NCBI GenBank assembly: GCA_029262755.1
Contig: JAJCYU010000209.1
Span: forward strand, 1-38,287
Reading direction: 5' to 3'
DNA from: Anaerolineae bacterium
Lineage (GTDB): Bacteria; Chloroflexota; Anaerolineae; Epilineales; Epilineaceae
DNA: 38,287 nt
Shown in pieces: positions 36,601 to 38,286 of the stretch. The position numbers were made by a program, and so were the translations under genes. Under the pieces are notes generated by a model, which did not search any database, was not told the origin of the DNA, and saw only the letters and a list, made by a program, of their open reading frames with translations. Each line of letters begins with the position of its first letter. The first letter of the stretch is position 1.

Positions 36601-38286
36601 GCCGGCGCCGCAGCTGTCGGTGTCGTAGAGATAGGTCACGCCGGCCGGCAGTGTCTCGGCCACCGAGACGCCCGTGGCGTCGGAGGGGCCGAAGTTGGTC
36701 ACGTCAATCGTGTAGACGATCAGGCTGCCGGGCACGCCGGAGCCGGAGGCCGACTTCGCGATGCCCAGGTCGGCCGTGGCCGCCACGGTGACGTTGGTGG
36801 GGCCGTCGCTGTTGTTGGCGCCGGAGGGATCAGCCGTCGCCGCGCTGACGCTCGCCGAGTTCGAGAGAACGCTGCCGCCCGCCACGCCCTCGTCCACCAA
36901 GGCGTCGATCACGATGGTGGCGCTGCCGCCGGCCGGGATTCCGGGCAGCTGACAGGTGACCACCTGGGTCGGCGAGGCCGTGCAGCTGCCGACCGCGCCG
37001 GAGACCGCGGCGCCCGCGAAAGCCGTGCCCGCGGGCAGGGCGTCCGTCACGACGACGTCCTCGGCCGCGCTGGGGCCGGCGTTCGCGACGTCCAAGGTGT
37101 ACTGCACCACCTCGCCCGCCGTTACGACGGCCGGCGACGCGGACTTCGAGATCGACAGGTCCGCCGAACCCTCCACCTGCGTCTCGGCGAAGGCGATGCT
37201 GTTGGCGTTGTTCGGGTCGTGGCTGTCGCTGGCCGCCTCGGCCGAGTTGTTGAGCTGGGTGCCATCGGGCAGGTTGGGGTCAACGTCCGCGGTGATGATC
37301 ACCGTGCTCGTCGTGCCGCTGATGACGGTGCCCAGGTTGCAGTCGATCTGGATGGCGCCCGAGACCAGCGGGGTCTCCGAGCACGTGGCGCCCGTGATCG
37401 AGGCCACGGTCAGCCCGGCAGGCAGAATATCCTGCATCGTGCTGTTGTCGGCTGTCGAGGGGCCGTTGTTCGTCACGTCGATGGTGTAGACCACCTGGTC
37501 GCCGGCCGTGACCGGGTCCGGACTGTCCACCTTGGTGACCTCGAGATCAGAGGTGTCCACGATCTGGACGAAGACCTCGGCGTCGTTGTTGGAGAGGTCC
37601 GGGTCCGGCGTGCCGATGCAGGTATCGCTGACCGTCGTGACCGTCACCTTGTTTTGCAACGTCTGCGTCTCGTCGGCGCGCACCGTCACGCGCACGGTCC
37701 AGCGGCCGGTGCCCGCGCCGCTGCCGGACGGCTCCAGGGGGTCGGTCAGGTCGCAGGTGAATGTGCCGGTGCCGGAGACACAAGTGGCCGGGCGATCGCT
37801 GACCGGAGCGCCCTGGATTACAAGGCCGGGCGACCCAAAGATGTCGTCGGTGATGCGCACGCCGCGGGCGTACGACGGCCCGTTGTTGTCCACGGTGATG
37901 ATGTACTCGAACTCTTCGCCCGCGGCGACAGAGCCACCCGAGCCGGCGACCTTCATGATCATCAGGTCCGCGCGGTCCTTGACCAGGTCGCACTCGGTGT
38001 CCGTGTCGTCGGCGTCACCGACCATGGGGTTCATGATCGTGACGGTGTTGCAGATCTGCGCCTCGCCGCACTCGGTAGTGGCCACAAAGTCCGGCCCCAC
38101 GACGAATCCCATACGATAGATGTAGGTGCTCGAGGCCGGGATGTCGATGGTGCCGCAGGTGACGTCGACCATGCCGCTCACGGGCGCACCCGGCGTACAG
38201 GTGGCCGGCGGCGGCAGCGTGTCGGCGGCATAGATCACGTTGGCCGGCACCGTGTCGCTGATGACCACACCGGAGACGGCGAAGTC
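3619..38286 (-). CDS. Giant extracellular DUF11 (conserved repeat domain) protein, at least 11,555 aa; probable fibrillar surface protein or adhesin stalk; 5' end outside window
   Basis: Single uninterrupted frame. Upstream of the track's GTG (38268) the frame stays open to the edge (DFAVSGVVISDTVP...), which is the middle of a domain, so the real start and any signal peptide lie further right. Recurrent DUF11 signature (A/S)DLxxxK...xAGxxxxYTxxVxNxGPSxAxxVxxxDxLP...C...C.LG.L...NxAxV...DPxxxNN. Strong G/C third-position bias in this frame. Confidence 0.96.
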   Translation of the reverse strand, partial: DFAVSGVVISDTVPANVIYAADTLPPPATCTPGAPVSGMVDVTCGTIDIPASSTYIYRMGFVVGPDFVATTECGEAQICNTVTIMNPMVGDADDTDTECDLVKDRADLMIMKVAGSGGSVAAGEEFEYIITVDNNGPSYARGVRITDDIFGSPGLVIQGAPVSDRPATCVSGTGTFTCDLTDPLEPSGSGAGTGRWTVRVTVRADETQTLQNKVTVTTVSDTCIGTPDPDLSNNDAEVFVQIVDTSDLEVTKVDSPDPVTAGDQVVYTIDVTNNGPSTADNSTMQDILPAGLTVASITGATCSETPLVSGAIQIDCNLGTVISGTTSTVIITADVDPNLPDGTQLNNSAEAASDSHDPNNANSIAFAETQVEGSADLSISKSASPAVVTAGEVVQYTLDVANAGPSAAEDVVVTDALPAGTAFAGAAVSGAVGSCTASPTQVVTCQLPGIPAGGSATIVIDALVDEGVAGGSVLSNSASVSAATADPSGANNSDGPTNVTVAATADLGIAKSASGSGVPGSLIVYTIDVTNFGPSDATGVSVAETLPAGVTYLYDTDSCGAGGTPCSLGTIPAGETVSFEVGVTVDEDATGLLSNVATVSATTTDPDAGNDSASANVLARPTADLRILKVGKPDVRVEPGGTLTYTILVDNLGSGTAMGVIVTDTLISDGAYEITAISGAVCTPGVGAYSGSTVLTCVLPDLDPGQQQLVEIVVDVSAAANSINNVASVTSDASDPNTGNNQSTVEHQVGFDPNAPPAPPPTTDLAVSKSADAASATAGGSIDYTINVTNTGVITADNVSVIDRVPAGVTITSFGPAGCTTGTAGSGADPFQCGLGALAPGATAVVTYTATVDPNLPEGSVLENDVTVLSDTLDENNANNRASVITPVTTEADLAISKSASPDPVTAGEPLQYTLTITNGGASAARSVLLEDPLPAGVNYVGATVLGGSGTCSVSPGGLVTCDLGTLLLDQTVRVVFDTLVDASVAPGSSLTNTASVSSATSDPSTANNAVAPGVAVAVVAEADLGVSKTASPSPAQAGEPLTYSIVVTNDGPSDVTDALVTDTLPAEVSYSFATDPSCSEAAGVVSCGPLTVPAGGSVSFDIIVDVDADAGGAPLTNVVEVDSPSVDDPSAGNDSDTLISPSVALGADLRITKFAKPDESILAGESLSYTLIVQNLGPGEATNVLVNDVLVANGTFDLSAINADVSGNQTGATCGPAPATGVGPTYAVTCTLPSLPVDNAAGDGTWIMSFDVTSDEAISLNDTATVVSSAPDPDGSNNDAVVERSLQASADLALSKTADPVAPTAGELVTYTLTVTNTGPSEAPAVVLMDQLPAGIAPVSAAATGGGSCIVEGSGKVTCAMGDLADAAVETVTIVGLVSAAVPDGTSLCNNAMATSDAFDTDGTDSFAQACVDVGAEADLSISKSGAPDPATAGEAVQYTLVVGNAGPSNAASVVVTDALPSGVSYTGATILGGSGTCALQLPNTVTCNVGTLAAGGSLTVLVNGIVDSSVAPGAGVLVNTAGVSSPTPDPTGGDNAVSVPGSVVLSADLSVSKTSSPNPAVPGGELTYAVTVVNNGPSDVPDAEVVDVLPLEATFLYATHPSCVLSAGTGPGGADEVICSPLAVAAGGSLSFEIVVEIDDDAAGSVSNAVGVGSLSGIPDPNPANNDPPPTVTNLDATADLKITKFGKPDGEIVAGETVTYTLVVQNLGPSTAADVFLNDLMVASGAFRVTGIDADVLSNQTGEACTPPSPPDVPSAGNQLSISCTLPFLAPDNAAQDGTWIVEVTAVADEAISLNNSATVDHDGDDPDMTNNMAMAEREITASADLALSKSTDEPVKIAGGTITYTLQVTNTGPSAAPDVVVMDQMPTGISPTGASASPSGSCTLGAGGKVTCQLGTLADGESRAITISGPVATDIVSGTLLCNDAMASSGAFDDDSTNHFAQACVTVQTEVDLVIAKSDTPDPVTAGAALQYVIQVGNAGPSAATGVVVTDTLPAALSFVGVNVIGGTGTESCGFALPSFLSCSLGTLDAGDTRTILLDTFVDPATPAGTDVFTNTAGVSSDGGETDDTNNTASEATSVQASADLGVSKTAEPNPAVAGESLTYEIVVTNDGPSAVSDALVTDTLPAGTTFVFASGAVCSEPSTGVVECGPLALDPDESVVIEITVNVAEDASGDFLTNVVEVDSPTVDDPNAANDSDTLLTALNGAADLRIQKFVKPDGSVAAGDLVTYTLIVDNFGPSAAANVRITDVMVSDGLYQLVAVTDNQGGACTTAPGLATDTVGPNYRAEVDCSLASLAAFERWEVVVVAEAGDEAISLNNEALVFSDAVDGDTSNNFAAGAIQVTAEADLVVTKSDDPDPVTAGETVTYTVDVTNGGPSTAENVVLMDLLPPELNVLGVAGPSCTVETFGDGRQQVTCGVGTLAVGASGTVTITALVDADVPDGSVIVNGALATADTFDPNNGNNNVNEPTTVAALSTMTISKVDTLDPVVAGETVAYIVNVTNSGPSTARNVRLIDIVGADDWPFLTLLAAEITGGAGAGCFAEPVTYSVQCDLGDLSVGENRAIFLTFALDPSTPAGTILDDVLALDVDSPIALGPFTDITEDTTVDHLADVGITKTALDATPTAGGDLTYRIDVSNDGPSTAFNLQVTDLLDADLSYLYATSATCTEAAQLVTCDVGDLLPGQSLSFEITVEVDEAASGTLDNTATVTWESLDATAAGTGSGGSAADLETVNLDAVADLAVKKYGLNGSVAAGETISYTVVVDNWGPSVATGVIITDVISSDGAFTITGIDPEGVCAATTPATPAAAGPGNATITCDITSIAPNEQLVFTIGVTADEAQQISNTATIASDAADPDVSNNQAMAVLSVDAEADLAITKTQSGGDLMAGGTVEWTVTVTNIGDSTAPNSTLFDRLPPGIVLTAVGGDVSLASCDTGTPGDPADLFRCGLGTLAVGETATAILTASIPSDLPDDTVLENDAWAGSDAFDPDNSNNQASTISIVNSFTEIGVSKSPSVNPVAAGDEMDYLLTVENLGSAVAYDVTVEDTLPAVYELLGTSIARGVGITTAGQGGACTLGGLGVNCQLGAMPVGEVVHITLHVRVRPDAVPPAVISGDTTVGNSVIATASNADGDTDSHTETITRVTDIGVEKTALDPTIIAGDEVTFEITVSNDGPSDYNVDPGSGAIVLTDVYDAAVLEFLSDTDSCSVTVPGVLSCTIGTLQAGGSVTFRVTFRVLEDAPLGLTTNSATVPEPPATTDPNTANNFDDADTFVEAHADLRVLKFGKPDGQVAAGETLTYTLIVDNLGPSFAHGVVVTDDIVADGPFSTAVADADVGDTYTTESCSVIVISPTRQQVVCSLGADDMPVFDPSNGEGSWTILVAVTASEAMDINDYARVSSDDLDPDFGNNTAFVQHEVTAVADLSVSKTSIGQLGPNDCAGTVFASIGDVTPGGLITYTLTATNSGPSTADNVVLVDRLPAGITVLGYTADQGSCATGTPGSALDRFTCGLGELAVGASAVVTISALADADLGEGVLENDVTVSSDSFDDNNANNATSQISTLQPRADLAIAKDAPATVLAGTGIEYSLTVTNTGLSMAEDVEVVDTLPAGVSFTGSSIVGAGGTCAETTTGTVVCQLGNVMPGDVVRITLRGQVDATTGGTLSNIATVTTDTVDPCDTNDTATADTAVALGADLRIEKTVDNNMPTAGETVRYTIKVTNLGPSAAMTVTVTDTLPSGVTYLTDSTGGDCDASGPPLVICSLGDLPPGGMTSFTIDATVDADVPDGTALTNTATVGSETPDPNTDNNTDAIEVIVGSGYDLRIQKFVKPDNEASAGDTVTYTVLVDNFGPSTAGNLIVTDTMIASGPYVVEAITSTVGGAPMGACAAAAPSAIGTPTGGPNFEFNFRCDLGTLDQFGRWEIVVVASAQDAISLNNQACVVADGLDADIGNNCVDRALRIEATADLALDKRVNGLVATTATVGNPIHGGDIVTYTLTTTNNGPSQAENVVLTDQIPPELNVDVPGITAVVSDPAGTGSCSLTPANELTCGLGTLNAGATAVVTYTAWIDAEVPNFTELENGALATADTFDPTIANNYSVAEVETFAIAELELTKTDEPDPVVAGEIVTYEIVIFNTGPSPAPNVVIHDTIGPDDWPYLTLQSFGLTGGEADCNADHVTFNVFCDVGSIEVEGSRILTLSFAVDPNTPDGFVLDDEIGTVSTAGSGVSVGFLFASDTTETTAVVNESAVALTKTAVSRSQTPAGTDEFGNLIAVAGGTLTYELSVTNEGPSTAFNVAVSDTLDAAYSYLYATSATCSEAAQLVTCDLGDLLPGETRSFEITVEVDDAAEGPIDNTAEVTWESADATPAGTGSGGTASDDETVAVAQIADLRITKYGKPDGSVRAGENLSYTIVVDNLGPSVARSILVTDVLSSDGVFTIEDIDTGGACSSVSLATPATVGPGNVAFTCVIDDMAVYEQVIFDVIVTADEDQSINNTASVISQQAEDLDQSNNQALVQHEVTTVADLEISKVQSGGDLIAGGTIEWTIGVTNNGTSTAENVAVFDRLPPGIVVTDVTGDASLASCATGTPGSAVDQLTCGLGTLADGESATFTIVADLDDGLPDGTTLENDACTYSDEFDPVNVDNCTSTISEIASTATLEISKADAPDPVNAGELLDYTITVTNTGPSVAMDVAITDVLPAGVALLSSGITRGVGGTPAGSGGSCVYAPAGNTVDCQMGAMPVGEVVEIALSLQVLPSAVPGDEADGDVTLTNTAGAAASNADLVSTSEDTTVFRVTDLSITKTAQDAAPTAGGQVTFELVVTNNGPSDYNGDNGIVVTDTFDTAVLAYAVDSGSCVVSGAGELECPIGQLGAGDSVAFEIIFDVLADSPLGLQAANSALVGAPTDTLDPDLSNNADDADLDVNSVADLRVLKFGKPDGTVRAGENLTYTLIVDNLGPSFGHGVVVTDEILSDGLFEIVSINPDVNGSFIAPTCAPAPGSFSQRATVTCTLNEDLPRFEPGNGLGRWVIEIVVTGEDGASINDIASVTSNDLDPDASNNQAIAQHEVTEVADLSIDKTALGQVGFEDCIGTISEVPDAVTPGLLITYTLSVNNAGPSPAENTQVSDRLPAGLQVIDYAADGGSCSTGTPGSAVDRMVCTLGELLPGETRLITITALVDPRISEPQGIEAVIENDALVTSNVFDDDNSDNVDSSIVSIDGRADLMLIKEAPAAVLAGDPIQYLIQVFNRGPSMAHNVKVFDSLPAELTLLNAYVVNHPGTCAELGSGPTVTLVTCDLGTMLPTDGAAIVVNAVVDADASGTIDNEASVNSNATLDFCQANNVAEVVTEIGTGADLAIDKSVDDNMPTAGQTVRFTLDVTNLGPSDAIGVVVTDTLPAGLTYLTDSLGGACDASSPPLVVCDLGDFTPGQSQSFTIDATVDAGVAEGTPLVNSAEVQSETPDGNQGNNVDAAEIIVRAVHDLRIQKFVKPDNVASAGETVTYTVRVQNFGPSVARNLIISDVMLADGPYVVSAITSTVLGAPAGSCTATPPSAIGTPAGGPNFEFRFDCALDALAVNGEWEVVLIAEAQDEITLNNEACITSDGTDPNTGNNCVDRAILIDSSADLQLEKRVNGLLSDTVVVGDPSDGGEIVTYTIAVENLGPSASENVVIADLIPDEITVIAPSLAITGAGSCALSPANELACGLDTMAAGEIVTVTFEAWVDADVPAGTRLANGATVRADTADPDNSNDYGVAELIATPEADLSLMKTAQPATVTAGTALQYTIVVSNTGPSTARDVVVIDDLPDGLSVTGTQILDGTSLPVAGASCATELGTNVLTCTVGDLDVDETVRVVVDTLVDADLTSVDNPLTNAASVVSGTTDPSAINNSDSVDVALEHDAPVEITKTAVSRSTTPGGDDDGGTIVATAGGTLSYEIVVENPGPSTAFGVVVTDTLDAAYTYLYSTSAGCSAAGQDVTCDLGDLQPGESRSFEIVVAVDAAAEGPIANEAFAAWTLGDGTLLGTADDESTPVAQIADLKVRKYGKPDGSVRAGENLTYTVVIDNLGPSVARDVLITDIISSDNVFTIQAIDDNGVCDAGITPAITPGVTTGGPGDFVFTCAIDELDVLEQQLLTLVVRAEEDQSINNTVSIGSGQAEDPDQSNNDAIVEHDVTTVADLELSKVQSGGTLIAGETIEWTVTVTNTGPSTAENVIVYDRLPPGITVTDVTGDATLAGCSTGTPGSAADRLSCGLGTLAAGESASFTIVADLDDNLPDGTLLENDACAFSDEYDANNANNCASTITEIASVAELEITKSDAPDPVIAGERLEYAISVTNNGSSVAHDVFVNDNLPAGMSLVSYEILRGVSGTPSGSGGVCQDYSGGFGVVGCQLGDMPVGEFVSIQLEVAVAPDAVPAADVDGSILVTNAVSANGSNAPLVNGSAQTTINRVTDLSIDKIALDDTPVAGEQVTYQITVSNAGPSDYNGDDGIVVTDTYDIAVLSYAVDSDTCALAAAGVLECSIGQLEVGDSTSFEITFDVLANSPLGNQVANSAEVPVPADTTDPNLANNVDDADTFIESVADLRVLKFGKPDGSVRAGELLTYTLFVDNLGPSFGHSVFVTDEIVSDGVFDIVSINPDVNGSFFGPPAPACEVIAPPSAGAGAPAPVFDISQRATVSCELGGDLPLFEPGSGQGRWVVEIVVRSDDGVDINNYASTQSADDDPDASNNTALAQHEVTEVADLSIVKTALGQVGPEDCFDTILELDDAVTPGLLMTYTLTINNAGPSVAENVQVIDRLPVGLTVIDYAADGGSCATGTPGSALDRFTCGLGDVGVGETRLVTITTLADPTLSEPQGVEAILENDVIVTSDVLDIDNFNNQDSHLASIEGRADLAISKVGPDSVLAGDPIQYTLVVTNTGPSMAHTVVVTDALPAAVTLTGSVVIGAGGACNEGPTDAVTCELGNMMPGQVATIVLSGVVDEDATGDLVNLAGVRSVTLDPCLDDNSTAFITELGTGADLVIEKTVEDNMPTAGGDVRFTLKVTNLGPSDAINVVVTDTLPVSVTYVTDSTGGLCSLAAPGPNGEDVLVCAIGDIAAGDMRTITIDADVDPAVADETVLKNVAETSSDTADLDTSNNMDMIEIVVQAINDLRIFKFVKPDDSVQAGDTITYTVFVDNLGPSVARNVLMTDTMVASGPYTVTSVTADLGGVCTPAVPPAVPVNNSNFLFEFGCGLDALGVLDRWTIELVAIAADEISLNNEARVLSDGTDPDPSNNFVDVSLNIDGTADLALEKRVDGALSTTAVVGDPADGGQIVTYAISVTNQGPSAAENVIVTDALPPEMNVVVTSLTATVDDPFHLASCELTPDNLITCGLGTINAGGMGLIRFEAWIDADVPAGTELENGASVTADTFDPSLANNFGTAEVEAAALSDIFLQKQDAPDPVVAGEFVEYRIVARNDGPSVARNVRLLDNHGSDFQYLELVDVSTNGGPEAECHPVELGNAIRCDLGDMPVGETRVVTLRFLVDPSAPGPLTLTDNLTIFGDSPLTVAAGSDTTESTVVAYEAPVTISKTAVSRSQTPAGTDEQGNLIAVAGGTLTFEITVANPGPSTAYGVVVTDTLPAEFTYLYATSATCAGGPPVTCTLGDLLPGESGTFEIVVAVDAAAEGPITNTAETGWTLADGTALFNSDDETVAVAQLADLRIKKYGKPDGDVRAGELLTYTVVVDNLGPSVARGNLITDILSSDNVFDIVEFDTGGVCDGGIFDAAGAPLAIPAIGVGPGDVLVTCAVDDLTVYEQIILTVVVTADEDQSINNTATVLSLQAEDPDQDNNRAMVLHDVTTIADLEIDKVQSGGSLIAGEDIEWTVSVTNLGPSTAENVTVLDRLPPGIVVTAMSGDAGLGSCETGTAGSAFDQLTCGLGTLDAGQSATFVITADIDADLPDGTILENDVHVASDEYDDNNANNFASTLSTVESLAVLTIEKEVEPAALAAGESQTVEILLINDGPSVAMDVWVGDILPFPGLLVTDWQILRGQLDSPAGSGGSCVIDNPGNPSAIVECQLGSMPVGERVQVLLTVFAPPNLIPPGDVDGTISGENEAAAAGSNAAFVSALAPVEYERVTDLRAEKSVLDNTPVAGEQVTFSVTVWNDGPSDYNSSLDDIVVVDTFDTAVLAYLVDSDDCALTAPGELTCTIGQLPAGESSTFEITFAVLENAPLGPSVNVAEVPVPLATEDPNPDNNIDDADIFVESVSDLRIEKFGKPDGSVRAGELLTYTLIVDNLGPSWAHNVAITDEIVSDGVFDIVSINPDVNSDYAGPTCVIDGPNNGLFNAPAPQTDLNQRATVRCALGEDMPVFDPPATSGRWIVEIVVTADEGVDINNLASVSSSDIDPDNSNNTALAQHEVTEVSDLEVSKSAVGMVGPEACGAPPLPMPDMVTPGLMLTYTVVVTNTGPSDAENVQLTDRLPYGLTLVGYSLDRGRCATGTPGSAADKLTCGLGDMNVGDTATLTVNALVDFDYPDLGWLENDAFALSDNFDDDNADNYVSNLTQAKARADLAITKSGPAAVTAGEAIQYQLTVANAGPSLARDVVVTDTLPADVTFVSAQVFGSAGSCAEGLTDAITCELGDLAPGTVVTIVINGQVDADAPAGPISNVAGVTSATTDPCLADNTADATTEIGTVADLVVDKTASTNEPVAGGTIEYTISVTNDGPSDAENVVVTDTLPVGITAVLTDPTPPTCQILAGAGPGGVDLVVCTFGTMVAGQMESFTILADVDPNLTPGTLVKNTALATSTTPDPDAENSMDMVLGRVVTIADLRVRKFGKPDETVRAGELLTYTIIVDNLGPSFANSVVVTDEIVSDGVFDIVSVNADVGLDFGGAASCDPTSGTFSQRAEVVCRLDTQLATFDPGSSNGRWTVEIVVTAPETQDINDVASVSSLDVDPDPSNNEAYVEHEILDTSDIAVVKTAVGEVVGEACFIEPVTDQVTAGLGMTYTIQVTNFGPSTAENAILIDRLPAGVTVTGYETTIGGCETGTAGSGIDKLTCGLGSIPVGGTETVTITAVVDPALADGSILENDAFAISDNIEPLNPNNYDSNLTVVGTNADLVVSKSDTPDDGVLAGEAIRYTLTVTNTGPSVATEVLLTDDIPAGVTVDAATVLGVGVPCTVLANGDVACDLGALAVGEIALIQIDALVDSDAIPGGANALVLDNVATVDAATSDCDTADNTTVNAHTALRLADLEIVKTMSDVTPIAGRELVYTLEVTNLGPSDSDPTAPVIVIDTLPADVTFEIDTDACVEGPEDTLTCTLPPLAAGQSTSFDVTVEVDPDATPSVGPVPDPTWLTNMATVSVATADDTVDPGAPNSGNNRTVASAFVETSADLRVRKFGKPDGTVRAGELLTYSILVDNLGPSFAHGVVVTDEIVSDGVFDIVSINPDITGDFAGSTSCVLEAPSGSPTTVTAANAVGGVGAELITDISQRATVSCELTELPVFGPPNGEGRWIIEIVVTADEGVSINNVASVSSDDDYDENFANNEAFAQHEVTEVSDLRVSKESAGEVRDLGCDPLYTITPDRVSAGRTLLYTVTVVNGGPSTAENVLLVDRLPPGVVVTDYAVVDGDGLAAGDCDTGTPGNPLDKLTCGLGTLAVGDERILTVTASVAEGVPDGARLENDVFVTSDLFDDDNTANYASTITLVDASADLALSKTATPTAVTAGEQLEYALRVTNLGPSTAQAVVISDTLDADLTYLGFQVVGGVGSCSVDIANLVTCELGAVDVGQTVTVLIRTLVNEDATTTQIDNTAVVSSDTADPCPDNNTADASVGVGQNADLAILKTASDLTPVAGEEVSFRIDVLNNGPSDALNVVVTDTVPAGLAFRNQNDFCSQAGSLITCEVPLPAPDNRLANGERYTFDLVFDVTPDVAPGALITNVAHVSSDTPDGFLANNSDPADLYIRTVADLRVRKFGKPDARVRAGEILTYTIIVDNLGPSFAHGTVVTDEIVSSELFDIVAVDPDVNGNRPTAVCRVTSPNDGALDVAVPNAGAGAPGAALIEDIVERATLTCELPDTPDGSPPFSDDDLETFGGPFGPSAGRWVIELAVTAKQTSSINDVASVSSLDVDPDQSNNEAYVEHQIIDAADLAVTKTAMGQNHTGCSNGMTAIIDEVTAGGELVYTVVVVNQGPSDAENVVLTDRLPPGIVVTDYHLDAPRAETTSCNTGTSGSAIDKLTCGIGLLRSPRDGQPGEVATLTITSTINTDVGDGTILENDAYAISDHIDLDNGDNYVSNLTTVNTRADLVLDVLSEGEFMGMATLGPNPAIAGDIVTYGIVVTNTGKSDARGVSVTVKLPEGMRLRGGIEPGAVTTVLLDGAGGATTNAAAAGLAAVDAEGYETRQAPGAIGAVCVENPVSPELLTCTMPDNPAGLLPAMDVWRFLLVAQIDSDVVPPPDTMISLELFVQVSSRTEDPCPENDLQFETTPIVRRSSVFISKTDTTDPVMAGDRERYRVRFGSNGPSDADQVRITDTLPIGFKFSHCAPLDPNDRVGCSVVAGDGVNTPQIVRLDAITMTNMVMFEDLGVLAAGDVFEFYLVADVDPGYLLDGRGDVGAGSACQAFAIATGWPFWAANDIQIGSRTDNGRVKDNFDTECTRVEAKADLRVTKTDVLDDGDGFLECDPVGPGGMVTYQVVVTNDGMADAADVYLVDWLPDEGVALDPAQVMVEVQGDPDAFVDVRDDGRITVQIGNDPSLMRMGPTMRGRLNAGNAVTVTIGVMVLESAECGSVLNNRAIVETRENNIEFPALSTPTFDPDLSNNETVESTQVECAGLEIRKTVAVNGECPGRGGQVQVPVGRDVTFCLEVSNVGSTFLTGIRITDTLKTSREPWPMVVFTDTLRGGADGKLPLRPGETVNLSYTVDGDLIECGLVMNGATATAEAVNSGFTPLPCVPVEPAPETSVTLFVPCGGADTRLQLPVLGTGDCETWIQIQNVGTEPTTGFLVIWGEPGACPPQAAGPLKVECTGLLRPGSAWTYTSDLLPPGGQSAIVYTMNAQDLVTGPDGNEKPFDQLACESLFNLIVGNHARWFDFDRAYSNGGTFRGPLGGVGQQVELDFGEHVGQPLAVSVNRTCGDPTDPNRPVSAAYTGIGTDAHGVENPVDGGYTYHAPLVYADVAQLNSTLYIHNSGIRCTSLELWFTSIDNCLRPILGDVLSLAPGETVSFDPNTVIGPGWLGGAWIRSSQPLGMVVDTLGPNHFSSYRGVPGELNIPAADEFFTLGSQINYAPLTYSEYQGWDTAIAVQNLSGTYAAKVKVYFLDRSGDIITTLVDWICPHGTQVFFLPVIEGIPGNWVGSARVESQEWTVGGTPLVDPPRIQSIVILEKWSDPARTERREAVAYNMLTEQLAYDWQIGSRKGGLSDGSAVIAIPLLAKGNRGITSELAITNLVPKPGFTDYAIYIYDQNGLVDYYCQKLNEKQVEYIDLNAQGAIRQGFLGSAVISATFWEHDVFDDQGRFQRNLVGLGAVAVERIGGTLGEPDVPGDESKAFEGVPIFTPYIPQRVPLCPGQGGAPPPGPRR
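3622..5448 (-). other. Non-DUF11 C-terminal region (~610 aa) of four related beta-rich subdomains; candidate surface-anchoring or assembly module
   Basis: Four similar starts: LQLPVLGTGDCETWIQIQNVG, YHAPLVYADVAQLNSTLYIHNSG, NYAPLTYSEYQGWDTAIAVQNLS, IAIPLLAKGNRGITSELAITNLV. Similar late motifs: GGQSAIVY, GWLGGAWIRS, NWVGSARVES, GFLGSAVISA. Richer in aromatic and basic residues than the stalk. Confidence 0.7.
5449..37971 (-). repeat. Tandem array of ~78 complete DUF11-like Ig domains (~120-190 aa each): 19 A-B-C-D tetrads plus two terminal domains
   Basis: A-type domain starts (mostly xDLRxxK[FY][GV]KPD) located by hand at 37971, 36420, 34845, 33246, 31653, 30060, 28449, 26826, 25125, 23508, 21855, 20190, 18558, 16860, 15210, 13557, 11871, 10179 and 8451. 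Exactly three other domains lie between successive A starts. Terminal domains start at 6369 and 5862. Confidence 0.88.
11872..31653 (-). repeat. Four copies of a 12-domain (three-tetrad) super-repeat, 4.8-5.0 kb each
   Basis: DLRIxKFVKPD recurs at 31653, 26826, 21855 and 16860 (unit lengths 4827, 4971, 4995, 4989 nt). Each is followed by a KYG-type tetrad (with KxQSGGxLxAGxxxEW and GPSDYN domains), then a KFGKPD...GPS[FW][AG]H tetrad. Confidence 0.88.

Noticed and set aside
5449..37971. CRISPR array, diversity-generating retroelement repeats, or an assembly-induced tandem duplication
   Set aside because: The repeats are protein-level and diverged at synonymous sites. I saw no identical short repeats with spacers, no near-identical pair differing only at adenines, and no reverse transcriptase or cas gene.
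38266..38268. GTG at 38268 as the start of the giant gene
   Set aside because: The frame is open to the window edge, the codon lies mid-domain (VSGVVISDTVP), and no RBS or signal peptide is present.
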